Source of the DNA: Acidothermus cellulolyticus 11B
Lineage (GTDB): Bacteria > Actinomycetota > Actinomycetes > Acidothermales > Acidothermaceae
Assembly (NCBI RefSeq): GCF_000015025.1
Contig: NC_008578.1
Location: 1,350,001 to 1,382,000 of the forward strand
Direction: 5' to 3'
DNA: 32,000 nucleotides
Shown here piece after piece: positions 18,599 to 27,797 of this stretch (the stretch's first letter is position 1; every line of letters starts with the position of its first letter). Under the pieces are notes generated by a model. That model saw only the letters and a list, made by a program, of their open reading frames with translations. It was not told the DNA's origin and ran no database searches. The position numbers and the translations under genes are program-made.

Positions 18599-19504
18599 TC
18601 ACGATCCCCCCGGGCGACTGAGGACCTGCGCGTAGTGGATGACGATAGTGCCCGCCGCCGGCAGGGTGAGCCGTGACCTGGCGGTAACGGTGAACCGGAG
18701 TCCGTAAACCTGCTGCCAGGTCTGGTAAAGCGCCGCCGTCTGGGTGGCCAGGAAGCGGGCCGCAAGGTCCGGCGGGCCGACCGCATCGATCCGGTACGGC
18801 GCGGCAATCGCCCGGTAATCGACGAGGATCGCCGAGCCGGCTTGCCGGATCGCGGTCGTCGCGGTCAGTCGCTGGCCGCCGACGGCAATCGCCTCAGCGC
18901 CGCTGGCGAAAAGCGCGTTAACTACAGCCTGCAGGTCGCGATCGTAGACCGTGCCGAGCGCGTCGGTCCGCTCGTCCCCCGTTCGAGGCGCATCGGCGAG
19001 GGTGACCTCCGCCCCCGGACCGGCAACCGGGGTCGCCCCGGTGAGGAGTGATAGGCGGTCCAGTTCGGCCCGCAGCGCGGCGCCTTGCGTCGACGTGGAC
19101 AGCGCGGCATCCCGGGCACTCGCGATCTCAGCCCGCAAGTCGTTCGCTCGACTGCGTAACGCATCGACAACCGCACTCTGACTTTCGATGCTGCGAAGCA
19201 GCGCCGCCCGGTCGCGCGCAGCGGCGGCGGCGTTCTGCCGGGTCGTCACCCAGGACGTGGCAAACAACACACCGGCCGCCGCGAGCACAACTGCCGCAAT
19301 CGTCGCCGAGAACCGGCCGATCGCCGGCCGCTGCGCCGCCCCCGGCGGCGATATCCCACGACGCCGCGCCGCCTCGTAGTACCCCTCGTCGAGCGCATGC
19401 GCCGCTACGTCGGCAAGCAACGACATCGATGCGTCCGGACGAGACTGCCGCGGCGCCTCGTGCCGCGGCTGACGCGCCGCTGTTTCACTTGTCATCTGTT
19501 TCAC
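18599..19504 (-). CDS. DUF881 membrane protein (Rv1823-like)
   Basis: Same architecture as 17396..18211: TM helix, coiled-coil, DUF881 domain. The start is either GTG 19504 or ATG 19495. The start region is tandemly duplicated (see the repeat at 19481..19512). Confidence 0.85.
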   Translation of the reverse strand: MKQMTSETAARQPRHEAPRQSRPDASMSLLADVAAHALDEGYYEAARRRGISPPGAAQRPAIGRFSATIAAVVLAAAGVLFATSWVTTRQNAAAAARDRAALLRSIESQSAVVDALRSRANDLRAEIASARDAALSTSTQGAALRAELDRLSLLTGATPVAGPGAEVTLADAPRTGDERTDALGTVYDRDLQAVVNALFASGAEAIAVGGQRLTATTAIRQAGSAILVDYRAIAAPYRIDAVGPPDLAARFLATQTAALYQTWQQVYGLRFTVTARSRLTLPAAGTIVIHYAQVLSRPGGS

Positions 19505-19512
19505 TTGTCATC
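19481..19512. repeat. perfect 16-bp tandem duplication (TGTTTCACTTGTCATC x2) spanning the DUF881 start codon
   Basis: Units at 19481-19496 and 19497-19512. On the minus strand each unit reads GATGACAAGTGAAACA, so each contains an ATG. Confidence 0.95.
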
Positions 19513-19514
19513 GA

Positions 19515-22040
19515 TCAGCCGGCAATCGCGTCGATGACGCTGGCCCACTTCTCCAAGAGCTCGGTCGCCGCATCGGCATCCGGTGCCTCCGCCCAGAGGT
19601 GCGTGATCGCCTCGGCCGGGTCAGGCAGCACGAGCACCCACGACTGCTCATCTTCGACGATGCGAACCCCGTCGGTGGTCTCCACCGGCTTGCCACCGGC
19701 GGCGTGCAGCACCGAGCGCATGACCAGCCCCTTGGCCGCCCACGGAGTCGGCACGACACGCCGCAGCACGTGAGCTTGCGGGATGCGACCGTCGATCTGG
19801 CTCAACGTGAGCTTGGTCCGGGCAACCAACCCGGTCAACCGCACAAACGCAGCGAGCCCATCGAGCGCGGCGCTGAATTCCGGGACGATGTATCCCCCGC
19901 GTCCATCGCCGGCGAAGATGACGTCACCACGTCGCGCCGCCCGCGTCAGCTCGCTCGGCGCCGTCGGCGTCCACTCGATCGTCGCGCCATGGAACCGGGC
20001 CACCGCCTCGGCAACCCGGGTGGTCGTGACCGGCAAGGCGATCCGCCCGCCGCGGCGTTCCGCGGCAACGAGGTCCATGAAGACCAGTAGGGCTCGGTCA
20101 TCGTGGATGATGACGCCGCGTTCGTCGACCAAACTAAGACGCTCGCCCATCGCGTCGAACCGGACGCCGAAGGCCGCGTGCGACGACGACACCAAGTCAC
20201 CAAGCCGTTCCAGGGCGCGCATGTGTTCCGCGGTCGTCTCGGTCGGCGACAGCTCGTCGAGACGATTGTTGACGGTGAGGACGTCAACCCCGATCCGGCC
20301 CAGCAGAGTAGGAAGCACCAACGCGGCTGTCCCGCCCGCCGTGTCCAGCACAACCTTCAGCCCGGCCTCAGCGATCCCCGAGGTGTCAATACACCGAAGC
20401 GCTTCTTGGGAGTAGGTTTCCAGCGTTCGGTACGGCACGGTGATATCCGCGATTTCGCCGGGAAATGCGCGCCGGAATTCCTGCCGGGAGAAGACCCGCT
20501 CCAGTCGCCGTTGCTGTGCCGGGGAAAGGTCGGCGCCGTTCTCGTCCAGCAGCGTGACATCCACGCTCTGTGCGTCACCGGGCGTCGTCCGCACGATCAC
20601 TCCGCCGACGGCGTCCGAATGCGCGATTTCGAACCGGGCCACCGGCGCGGGAATCGCCTCCAGGTCGCGGACGTTGACGGCGCTGGCAGTCAATGCGCTG
20701 ATCATCGCCCGGGCCAGCGCGCGGCCCGCGCGGGAGGCATCCCGGGAAACCGTGACGACGTCCCCCTTGCGCAGCGTCGTGGCGTACGCCGCACCCAGCC
20801 GCACTGTGTGCTCAGGGGTTATCTCGACATTCACCAGGCCGGAAATGCCGCGGGGTCCGAAAAGCGCCCGTTGCCCGCGGGATTCCCAGATAACGCTGGT
20901 ATTGACGACGGCGCCGGCTTCGATTGTCTTGAACGGATAAACACGGACACCCGACGATAAGAACGCCTCCTCCTCCACGACACACTCATCGCCGACCACC
21001 GCGCCCTCTTCAATACGAGCGCCGCGCATGACATCCGTATTCTTTCCGATAATGCAACCGCGCAGCGTCACCTGCGGTCCAATAAAGGCATTGTCGTGCA
21101 CCACCGCGCGATGCAGCACCGCGTGACGCTTGACCACCACATTGCTGCCAAGCACAGAGTATTCCCGCACCTGGGCGTCCGCCTCGACTTTCGCATAATC
21201 GCCAATGAAGAGCGGGCCTTCGAGAACGGCGTCGGGATCGACATCCGCACCCTCGCAAATCCAGACTCCCGGCCGCACCTCGAAACCGTCGATGTCGACA
21301 TCCACCACCCGGTTGAGAACGTCAGCCTGCACCTTGAGCAGGCTCTCCAGGGTGCCGACGTCTTCCCAATACGCGTCGGTGACGTACCCGTACAACGGTG
21401 CCCGCGCCGCTAACAATTGCGGAAAAACGTCATGCGCCCAATCCGTCGGCTCGCCGACCGGCACGTAGTCCAGAATTTCGGGTTCCATAACGTACACGCC
21501 GGTGTTGACCGTGTCGGAGAAGACCTGACCCCAGGTGGGCTTCTCCAGGAACCGCTCGATCCGGCCCGAGTCATCGCAGATGACCACGCCGAATTCCAGT
21601 GGATTCGGCACACTTTTGAGCGCAACCGTCACCAGGGCCTGCTGGGCACGGTGAAACGCCAGCATGTCGCTGATGTCAATGTCTGTCAGCGCGTCCCCGG
21701 AGATGACGACGAACGGGCCGTCCCGCAGCTCCGCTTCGGCGTTCTTCACGCTGCCGGCGGTACCGAGCGGCCGCTCCTCGGTGGCGTATTGCAGGCGCAT
21801 GCCGAGCTCGTCGCCGTCCCCGAAGTAATTGCGGATGAGGGACGCGAGGAATTGCACCGTGACAACGGTCTCGGTCAGACCATGCCGTCTCAGCAGGCGC
21901 AGGACGTGTTCCATAATCGGCCGGTTCACCACCGGCAGCAGCGGCTTGGGCTGATTGGCGGTCATCGGACGGAGGCGGGTGCCTTCACCGCCGGCCATCA
22001 CGACGGCCCGAAGGGGGGACGGCGGAGCAGGAACGGTCAT
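19515..22040 (-). CDS. sugar-phosphate nucleotidyltransferase (mannose-1-phosphate guanylyltransferase-like) fused to left-handed beta-helix and PGM/PMM-like domains (SCO1388-like)
   Basis: The N-terminus has VVMAGGEGTRLRPMT...KPLLPV...GTAGS. Hexapeptide repeats occupy the middle. The C-terminal ~450 aa are colinear with phosphohexomutases but carry altered catalytic motifs. Its ATG overlaps the upstream stop (ATGA at 22037-22040). Confidence 0.9.
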   Translation of the reverse strand: MTVPAPPSPLRAVVMAGGEGTRLRPMTANQPKPLLPVVNRPIMEHVLRLLRRHGLTETVVTVQFLASLIRNYFGDGDELGMRLQYATEERPLGTAGSVKNAEAELRDGPFVVISGDALTDIDISDMLAFHRAQQALVTVALKSVPNPLEFGVVICDDSGRIERFLEKPTWGQVFSDTVNTGVYVMEPEILDYVPVGEPTDWAHDVFPQLLAARAPLYGYVTDAYWEDVGTLESLLKVQADVLNRVVDVDIDGFEVRPGVWICEGADVDPDAVLEGPLFIGDYAKVEADAQVREYSVLGSNVVVKRHAVLHRAVVHDNAFIGPQVTLRGCIIGKNTDVMRGARIEEGAVVGDECVVEEEAFLSSGVRVYPFKTIEAGAVVNTSVIWESRGQRALFGPRGISGLVNVEITPEHTVRLGAAYATTLRKGDVVTVSRDASRAGRALARAMISALTASAVNVRDLEAIPAPVARFEIAHSDAVGGVIVRTTPGDAQSVDVTLLDENGADLSPAQQRRLERVFSRQEFRRAFPGEIADITVPYRTLETYSQEALRCIDTSGIAEAGLKVVLDTAGGTAALVLPTLLGRIGVDVLTVNNRLDELSPTETTAEHMRALERLGDLVSSSHAAFGVRFDAMGERLSLVDERGVIIHDDRALLVFMDLVAAERRGGRIALPVTTTRVAEAVARFHGATIEWTPTAPSELTRAARRGDVIFAGDGRGGYIVPEFSAALDGLAAFVRLTGLVARTKLTLSQIDGRIPQAHVLRRVVPTPWAAKGLVMRSVLHAAGGKPVETTDGVRIVEDEQSWVLVLPDPAEAITHLWAEAPDADAATELLEKWASVIDAIAG

Positions 22041-22687
22041 GCCGACGCCTTTCCGGATGGCGCGTGCGTAACGCGACCATCATGATGGCGCAGGCGTCGA
22101 ACCGCCAAGAGCCGATGGGCCTGCAGGGCGTACAACACACCGGCGTACCAGTACAGCCCGACACCCCAGAGGGCGAACGCCCACCCCACGGTCCGGGCGA
22201 GATGCGGCACCGCCCCGTGCCCGGCGCCGAGGAGGAGCAGCGGCAGGGCGTACAGCAGGGTCAGCGTCGCGGTCTTCCCGAGAAAGTGCACCGGAAGAGG
22301 GCCGAGACCAGCCCGGCGCAACGCGGGCAACCATCCGGCAAGCAGGAGGTCGCGCCCCACAAGAACCGCCGTCAACCACCACGGCACGATGTTGCGTACC
22401 GATAGGGCAACCAGGGTCGCGATGATGTACAGCCGGTCGGCGGCAGGATCCAGCAACTGGCCAAGCCGGCTCTCCTGGCGAAGCAGCCGGGCAAGCTTGC
22501 CGTCCAGCCAGTCGGTCACCGCAGCACCGGCCAGCACGCCGAGCGCCCAACCGTCGGCGTGAGGTCCCAGAACGAGCCAGACGAACACCGGGACACCGAG
22601 CAGACGGGCAAAACTCAGCGCATTGGGCAGCGTGACGATGCGACTGGCCTCCCGGTCGGCGCCGGTCGCCGTTCCCGGCTCTGGCAT
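22037..22687 (-). CDS. CDP-alcohol phosphatidyltransferase (PgsA2/Rv1822 and Sco1389-type, possibly cardiolipin synthase)
   Basis: The signature D-x2-DG-x2-AR-x8-G-x3-D-x3-D is present in TDWLDGKLARLLRQESRLGQLLDPAADRL. The protein has multiple TM helices. It sits next to the SCO1388-like gene, as in Streptomyces. Confidence 0.9.
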   Translation of the reverse strand: MPEPGTATGADREASRIVTLPNALSFARLLGVPVFVWLVLGPHADGWALGVLAGAAVTDWLDGKLARLLRQESRLGQLLDPAADRLYIIATLVALSVRNIVPWWLTAVLVGRDLLLAGWLPALRRAGLGPLPVHFLGKTATLTLLYALPLLLLGAGHGAVPHLARTVGWAFALWGVGLYWYAGVLYALQAHRLLAVRRLRHHDGRVTHAPSGKASA

Positions 22688-22761
22688 TGCCCGACCTCCC
22701 TACCGGGACTTCCGGTGCCGGCGCATGCCGCCGCAGGCCGTTCCCCGATGGCGGCGGCGAG

Positions 22762-22838
<77 letters not shown>

Positions 22839-22889
22839 AAGGCAGTTGCCCGTCCGAAGCGTACCGCACGGTCGGCGTCCACCCGAGGT

Positions 22890-24266
22890 TCACCGCTGAC
22901 CGCGCGACCGTCGACGGGTGCGCGGCTGCCGGGCTCGAACCGACAGGTCGATCGGTGTCCCCGGAAAACCGAAGGTCTCGCGCAACCGCCGCTCGAGAAA
23001 ACGCATGTACGTCGGCTCGAGCTCCCCGGACGTGAACAAGACGATCCGCGGCGGACGGGTTGACGCCTGGGTGGCGAAGAGCGGCCTCGGTTGGCGGCCG
23101 CCACGAACCGGATGCGGACGAGCGGCAACCAGTTCGCTCAACCAGGCGTTGAGCCGGGCGGTGGGAACCCGCTGCTCCCAGCCGGCCAGGGCGGTTTCCA
23201 GCGCCGCGGCGAGTTTCTCCACACCCCGGCCGGTGCGGGCCGAAATGTTGAGCCTGGGCGCCCACCCAACGTGTCCAAGCTCCGTCTCGATTTCGCGGGC
23301 CAGCGCCAGCCGGCGGTCGGCGTCCACGGCGTCCCATTTGTTGAAGGCAAGGACGAGCGCCCGCCCGGCGTCGATCACCTTCTGTACGATGCGCACGTCC
23401 TGCTCGGTTATCGGTTCAGCCGCGTCCAGCAGGACCACGGCTGCCTCGGCGTCCCGGATCGCCTGGTCCGTGCGCAAGCCGGCGTAGAACTCCGCGCCGA
23501 CGGCGTCCCGCATGCGCCGGCGCAGCCCGGCGGTGTCCACCACCCGCCAACGGCGGTCGCCGATTCGGACGATGGCGTCGACCGGGTCCCGGGTCGTGCC
23601 GCTCACTGCGTCGACCAACGCCCGCTCCTCGCCGGCGAGCCGGTTGAGCAAGCTGGACTTGCCGACGTTGGGTCTTCCGACGATGGCCACCCGCCGAGGA
23701 GCATCCGGCGCGGTCTCCGGCTCGCCACCTGCTCCGCTGCTCGGCAACGCGGTGATGACGGCGTCGAGCAGGTCCCCGCTTCCCCGGCCGTGCAGGGCAC
23801 TGACCGTGTACGGCTGGCCCAGCCCAAGCGACCAGAGCTCACCGGTGTCGAGCTCACCGGCGGCGCTGTCCACCTTGTTGGCGACCAGCAGGACGGGCTT
23901 GTCGCCGCGGCGGAGGAGCTTCGCGACCGCGGCGTCGGTCTCGGTGATCCCCACAGTTGCGTCGACGACGAAGAGCACGAGGTCCGCAGCGGCGACCGCA
24001 AGCTCGGCCTGCGCGGTCACCCGGGCGGAGAGGCCGCCGGCTCCCGGCTGCCAACCGCCAGTGTCCACGATGGTGAAGCGCCGCCCGGACCAGGTGACCT
24101 CATAACTCACCCGGTCCCGGGTCACCCCAGGCACGTCCTCGACGATCGCCTGCCGCCGGCCGACGATGCGGTTGACGAGCGTCGACTTCCCCACATTCGG
24201 ACGGCCGACCACCGCAACGATCGGAACCCGAACGGTCTCATCCGATGCTGACGCCACGGAACTCAT
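22890..24266 (-). CDS. der: ribosome-biogenesis GTPase Der (EngA)
   Basis: Two tandem GTPase domains ([12 protein letters not shown]...DTGG...NKVD and [12 protein letters not shown]...DTAG...NKWD) plus a KH-like C-terminus. Its ATG overlaps the cmk stop. Confidence 0.97.
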   Translation of the reverse strand: MSSVASASDETVRVPIVAVVGRPNVGKSTLVNRIVGRRQAIVEDVPGVTRDRVSYEVTWSGRRFTIVDTGGWQPGAGGLSARVTAQAELAVAAADLVLFVVDATVGITETDAAVAKLLRRGDKPVLLVANKVDSAAGELDTGELWSLGLGQPYTVSALHGRGSGDLLDAVITALPSSGAGGEPETAPDAPRRVAIVGRPNVGKSSLLNRLAGEERALVDAVSGTTRDPVDAIVRIGDRRWRVVDTAGLRRRMRDAVGAEFYAGLRTDQAIRDAEAAVVLLDAAEPITEQDVRIVQKVIDAGRALVLAFNKWDAVDADRRLALAREIETELGHVGWAPRLNISARTGRGVEKLAAALETALAGWEQRVPTARLNAWLSELVAARPHPVRGGRQPRPLFATQASTRPPRIVLFTSGELEPTYMRFLERRLRETFGFPGTPIDLSVRARQPRTRRRSRGQR

Positions 24267-25030
24267 GGTGTGGCCGGCGAAGGGTTCACGGTACGGTCCA
24301 GGCCGGCGTCGCTCGGGCTGGTTGGATCGCCGCCGGAGCCGAGCCGCTCTGCTACCAGGGAGAGGATGCGGTCCAGCACGGCGTCGACGTCGAGGTCCGT
24401 GGAGTCCAGCACCACCGCATCAGCGGCCGCGGTGAGCGGCGACGCTGCACGGCTCTGGTCCAGCTGATCGCGGCGGCGCAGGTCGTCGTGGACGTCGTCG
24501 ACGTCGGTCGTCCCCCGAGCGGCGACGGTGTCGGCATGCCGTCTGGCGGCACGGACTCGGGAATCGGCCGTCAGGAAAATCTTCACCGCCGCGGTAGGCC
24601 AGACGGTTGTGCCGATGTCCCGGCCTTCCACCACGATGCCGCCGTCGCCGATCAGTTCCCGTTGCCGGCCGACGAGCACGCTCCGCACTTCCGGGACAGC
24701 GCTGACCGCGCTGACCGCCTGCGTGACCTCCGGACCACGGACGGCATCGGTCACGTCAACGCCGTCCAGCCGGACGGCGGGATGGTCCGGTGCGAGCGCG
24801 AGGTCGAGAATGTCCACCACATGCCGGGCCGCTGCGCTGACCGCGCGCTCATCGGTTAGGGAGACGCCATTCCGCAGCACCCAGAGCGTCACGGCCCGAT
24901 ACATGGCACCGGTGTCGAGGTAGCGCAGGCCAAGACGACGGGCCACCGCCCGGGCGACCGTCGATTTACCCGCGCCGGCCGGCCCATCGATGGCAATCAC
25001 CATCGAGCGAAGCTCATCGCGCGTCTTCAT
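24263..25030 (-). CDS. cmk: cytidylate kinase
   Basis: [37 protein letters not shown] plus GRDIGTTV. The cmk-der pairing is conserved (Rv1712-Rv1713). An alternative ATG lies at 25003. Confidence 0.95.
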   Translation of the reverse strand: MKTRDELRSMVIAIDGPAGAGKSTVARAVARRLGLRYLDTGAMYRAVTLWVLRNGVSLTDERAVSAAARHVVDILDLALAPDHPAVRLDGVDVTDAVRGPEVTQAVSAVSAVPEVRSVLVGRQRELIGDGGIVVEGRDIGTTVWPTAAVKIFLTADSRVRAARRHADTVAARGTTDVDDVHDDLRRRDQLDQSRAASPLTAAADAVVLDSTDLDVDAVLDRILSLVAERLGSGGDPTSPSDAGLDRTVNPSPATP

Positions 25031-25094
25031 CCAGTGCCGCCTTCACGATGCATGCCGGCCGTGCCGGGACGGGCAGCCGCCGATCGGGTCAATT

Positions 25095-25136
25095 CTTCCG
25101 GAGCCTCCCGGTCGCCTTCCGGAGCCTCCCGGTCGG
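25095..25136. repeat. 21-bp tandem duplication (CTTCCGGAGCCTCCCGGTCGC x2, 20/21 identical)
   Basis: Units at 25095-25115 and 25116-25136, in the 128-bp tyrA-cmk spacer. Confidence 0.95.
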
Positions 25137-25158
25137 CCCTCACGGTAGCGTCCGGCAC

Positions 25159-26274
25159 CTACACGTACAGCTGCCATCCAGCGTCGCGGACACACCGGAT
25201 CAAAGCTTGTGCCTTGTCCTCCCGGACGTCGAGCTCGACGACGCCGACGGGCCGGCCCGGCTCGTGCTCCACCCGCACGTCTTCGACGTTGATCCCGGCT
25301 TCAGCGAGCGCGCGGAGCAGCGCAGCCAGCTCGCCCGGCGCGTCGCGAATCGTCACCGCAACAGTGGCGAAGCCGGCGGCCGGTTCGCCGCGCTTCACCG
25401 GCACCCGCAACCGGCCCTGCACGCCGGTGCGGAGCAACTCGGTGAGGGCGGTCGTCGCCGCGGCGTCCCCACGCGCAATTCGCGCCACGTACGCGGCCGC
25501 GTCCTGAAGCCGCTGCTGGAACCGCTCCAAATAGCCGAGCAGATGATCGGCATTTGCCGCCAGGATCTCCGTCCAGAGTTGCGGGTCGCCCGCGGCGATC
25601 CGGGTAACGTCCTGCAGGCCGGTGCCGGCGAGCGCAGTGAAATCGCGTGGGGCGTCGACGAGCTGGGCGGCCAGTACGGAGGCCAACAGGTGCGGGAGGT
25701 GCGAGACGAGAGCCAGTGCGGCGTCATGCTCCTCGGCGGTCATGACCACGGGAGTGGCGCCAGCGGCAACGGCGAGTGCACGCACGGCGGCAATCGCTTC
25801 CTCGCCGGCCGCCGGGGTCGGCGTGATGACCCACGGACGGCCGACAAAGAGATCGGGGTGCGCGGCGGCCGGTCCGGATCGTTCCCGACCGGCGATCGGG
25901 TGGCCACCGACGAATGTCGTCATATCGGCGCCGATCTTCTCGGCTTCGGCCAGCGGTTTGCTCTTCACCGACGCGACGTCCGTGAAACTCCGAGCGACGC
26001 CAAGGCGCTGGTAGCGGAGGAGCTCTCCCGCGACCGCATCGGGGGGGATGGCGAGGACGGCGATGTCATAACCGCCGTCGAGGTCCTCGTCGTGCGGCAC
26101 ACCTGCCCCGCGTTCGACCGCGAGGGCCAGCCGGCCGACCGCAATGTCGTGCAGCCGCGTCTCGATGCCCGCTTCCCGGAGCGCCAGCGCGAGCGAGGTG
26201 CCCATCAACCCGGTGCCGATGACGAGCACCCGGCGCAGTGTCAGCTCGCTCGGGTTGCCGTTGCTGTCTGCCAC
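25159..26274 (-). CDS. tyrA: prephenate dehydrogenase with C-terminal ACT-like domain
   Basis: A Rossmann motif (VLVIGTGLMGTSLALAL), a conserved core (GGHPIAGRE, SHLPHLLA) and a C-terminal regulatory domain. GTG start with GAGGTG upstream. Confidence 0.9.
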   Translation of the reverse strand: MADSNGNPSELTLRRVLVIGTGLMGTSLALALREAGIETRLHDIAVGRLALAVERGAGVPHDEDLDGGYDIAVLAIPPDAVAGELLRYQRLGVARSFTDVASVKSKPLAEAEKIGADMTTFVGGHPIAGRERSGPAAAHPDLFVGRPWVITPTPAAGEEAIAAVRALAVAAGATPVVMTAEEHDAALALVSHLPHLLASVLAAQLVDAPRDFTALAGTGLQDVTRIAAGDPQLWTEILAANADHLLGYLERFQQRLQDAAAYVARIARGDAAATTALTELLRTGVQGRLRVPVKRGEPAAGFATVAVTIRDAPGELAALLRALAEAGINVEDVRVEHEPGRPVGVVELDVREDKAQALIRCVRDAGWQLYV

Positions 26275-26376
26275 CGCTCACCTCTTCATGTGACGCCGCG
26301 TGGTGCCCGCGCCGCCGGGGGCGCCGTACGCCGGCGCGACCGTGAGCAGCGTACCGAATCTGCGATCACACGCCGG

Positions 26377-27186
26377 TTAGAGGCCGACCAGGTCGAGCAA
26401 CTCCCCGAGTTCCCGAGGCGTCAACTGCCGGCGCGCGCCCGGCCGGAGCTGTCCCAACGCGACCGGCCCGATCGCGGTGCGCACCAACCGCCGCACCGGA
26501 TGACCGACGGCCGCAAGCATCCGTCGTACCAAATGGGTGCGACCCTCGTGAACAACCACTTCAACCAGGGTCCGAGCACCGTAGCGCTCGAGAATGCGGA
26601 CGGCGTCGGCTTGGGCCGGTCCGTCGGCGAGATCAACCCCCGAGCGGAGCAGGTGCACGCCGGTGCGGCCGAGGCGACCCTCGACGTCGGCGACGTAGGT
26701 TTTCGGCACGGCATGCGACGGGTGTGTCAGACGGTGGGTAAGCCGCCCGTCATTGGTGAGCAGGAGAAGTCCCTCACTGTCGGTGTCGAGCCGGCCGACG
26801 TGGAAGACCCGCACGGGAAGGTCGGCGACGAGATCCCCGACGCACGGGCGTCCGCGCGGATCGCTCATCGTCGTCACGACACCGCGCGGTTTGTTCAACG
26901 CGAAGTAAGCGAACGGAGTTGCCGGCGGAATCCGCTTTCCGTCGACCCGGATGACGGCGGTCTGCGGATCGACGCGCACGCCGAGCCGGGTGACCGGCAC
27001 GCCGTCGACCTCCACCCGGCCGGCCGCGATGAGCTCCTCGCACGCCCGCCGCGATCCCACGCCCGCAGCGGCAAGGACCTTCTGCAAGCGAACCGCGCCG
27101 TCGTCGCCGGCGGGTAAGGAGAGGGCAGCCGCCCGGGAATGCGGAGCCAGCCCGCGCGGGCCAGGTGAGGACCGGGTGTTACTCAT
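26377..27186 (-). CDS. rluB: pseudouridine synthase, RsuA/RluB family
   Basis: An S4 domain (RLQKVLAAAGVGSRRACEELIAAGRVEVDG) and a catalytic motif (HVGRLDTDSEGLLLLTNDG). I prefer the ATG at 27186 over the TTG at 27207; either one overlaps the scpB 3' end. Confidence 0.9.
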   Translation of the reverse strand: MSNTRSSPGPRGLAPHSRAAALSLPAGDDGAVRLQKVLAAAGVGSRRACEELIAAGRVEVDGVPVTRLGVRVDPQTAVIRVDGKRIPPATPFAYFALNKPRGVVTTMSDPRGRPCVGDLVADLPVRVFHVGRLDTDSEGLLLLTNDGRLTHRLTHPSHAVPKTYVADVEGRLGRTGVHLLRSGVDLADGPAQADAVRILERYGARTLVEVVVHEGRTHLVRRMLAAVGHPVRRLVRTAIGPVALGQLRPGARRQLTPRELGELLDLVGL

Positions 27187-27796
27187 TGCCGGCGAGTTGT
27201 TCCTCAAGTGCCTCGATGGACGTGCCTTCAGGGAGATGGTCGGCGAGAGGCGGAAGCTCCGAGAGGTCGTTGATGCCTAGTTTCTCAAGGAAATAACGAG
27301 TTGTGCGATACAGCGTGGCGCCGGTGCCGTCTTCGGTGCCGGCTTCTTCGATGAGTCCGCGGCTGAGCAAGGTGCGAATGACGCCATCGACGTTGACGCC
27401 CCGGACCGCGCTGACGCGCGAGCGGGAAATCGGTTGCCGATAGGCGATGACGGCCAGCGTTTCGAGCGCCGCCTGTGTCAACCGTGCCTGCTGACCTTCC
27501 CGCAGGAAGCGCTGCACGACCTCGGCGTACGCAGGCCGGGTGTACAACCGCCAGCCACCGGCCACCTGGCGTAGTTCGATGCCACGGCCGGCGTCCGCCA
27601 GTGACGCAGCGAGTCGCGCAACCGCCTCCGCCACCTGTGGTTCCGGCACACCAAGAACCGCAGCCATCGCCGTCACGGTCACCGGTTCATCGGCGACGAA
27701 GAGCATCGCCTCCACCGCGCCCATCACGTCGCCCGTGGAGACGTCGCCCGGCTCGATCAGGGCCGGTTCCGGGTCGCCTGCCGCACCACCGTTCAC
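27179..27796 (-). CDS. scpB: segregation and condensation protein B
   Basis: The GTG at 27796 (residue 161 of listed ORF 27179..28276) lies 1 nt after the scpA stop, with AAGGAG 7 nt upstream. ScpB motifs are present: [55 protein letters not shown]. Confidence 0.9.
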   Translation of the reverse strand: [205 protein letters not shown]

Positions 27797-27797
27797 G

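Noticed and set aside
25048-27117. 689-aa ORF on the + strand, the longest unassigned ORF in the track
   Set aside because: It runs antisense to tyrA and rluB, both of which have clear family motifs. Its product is Arg/Gly/Asp/Pro-rich with no recognisable domain. This is the usual shadow ORF of a high-GC genome.
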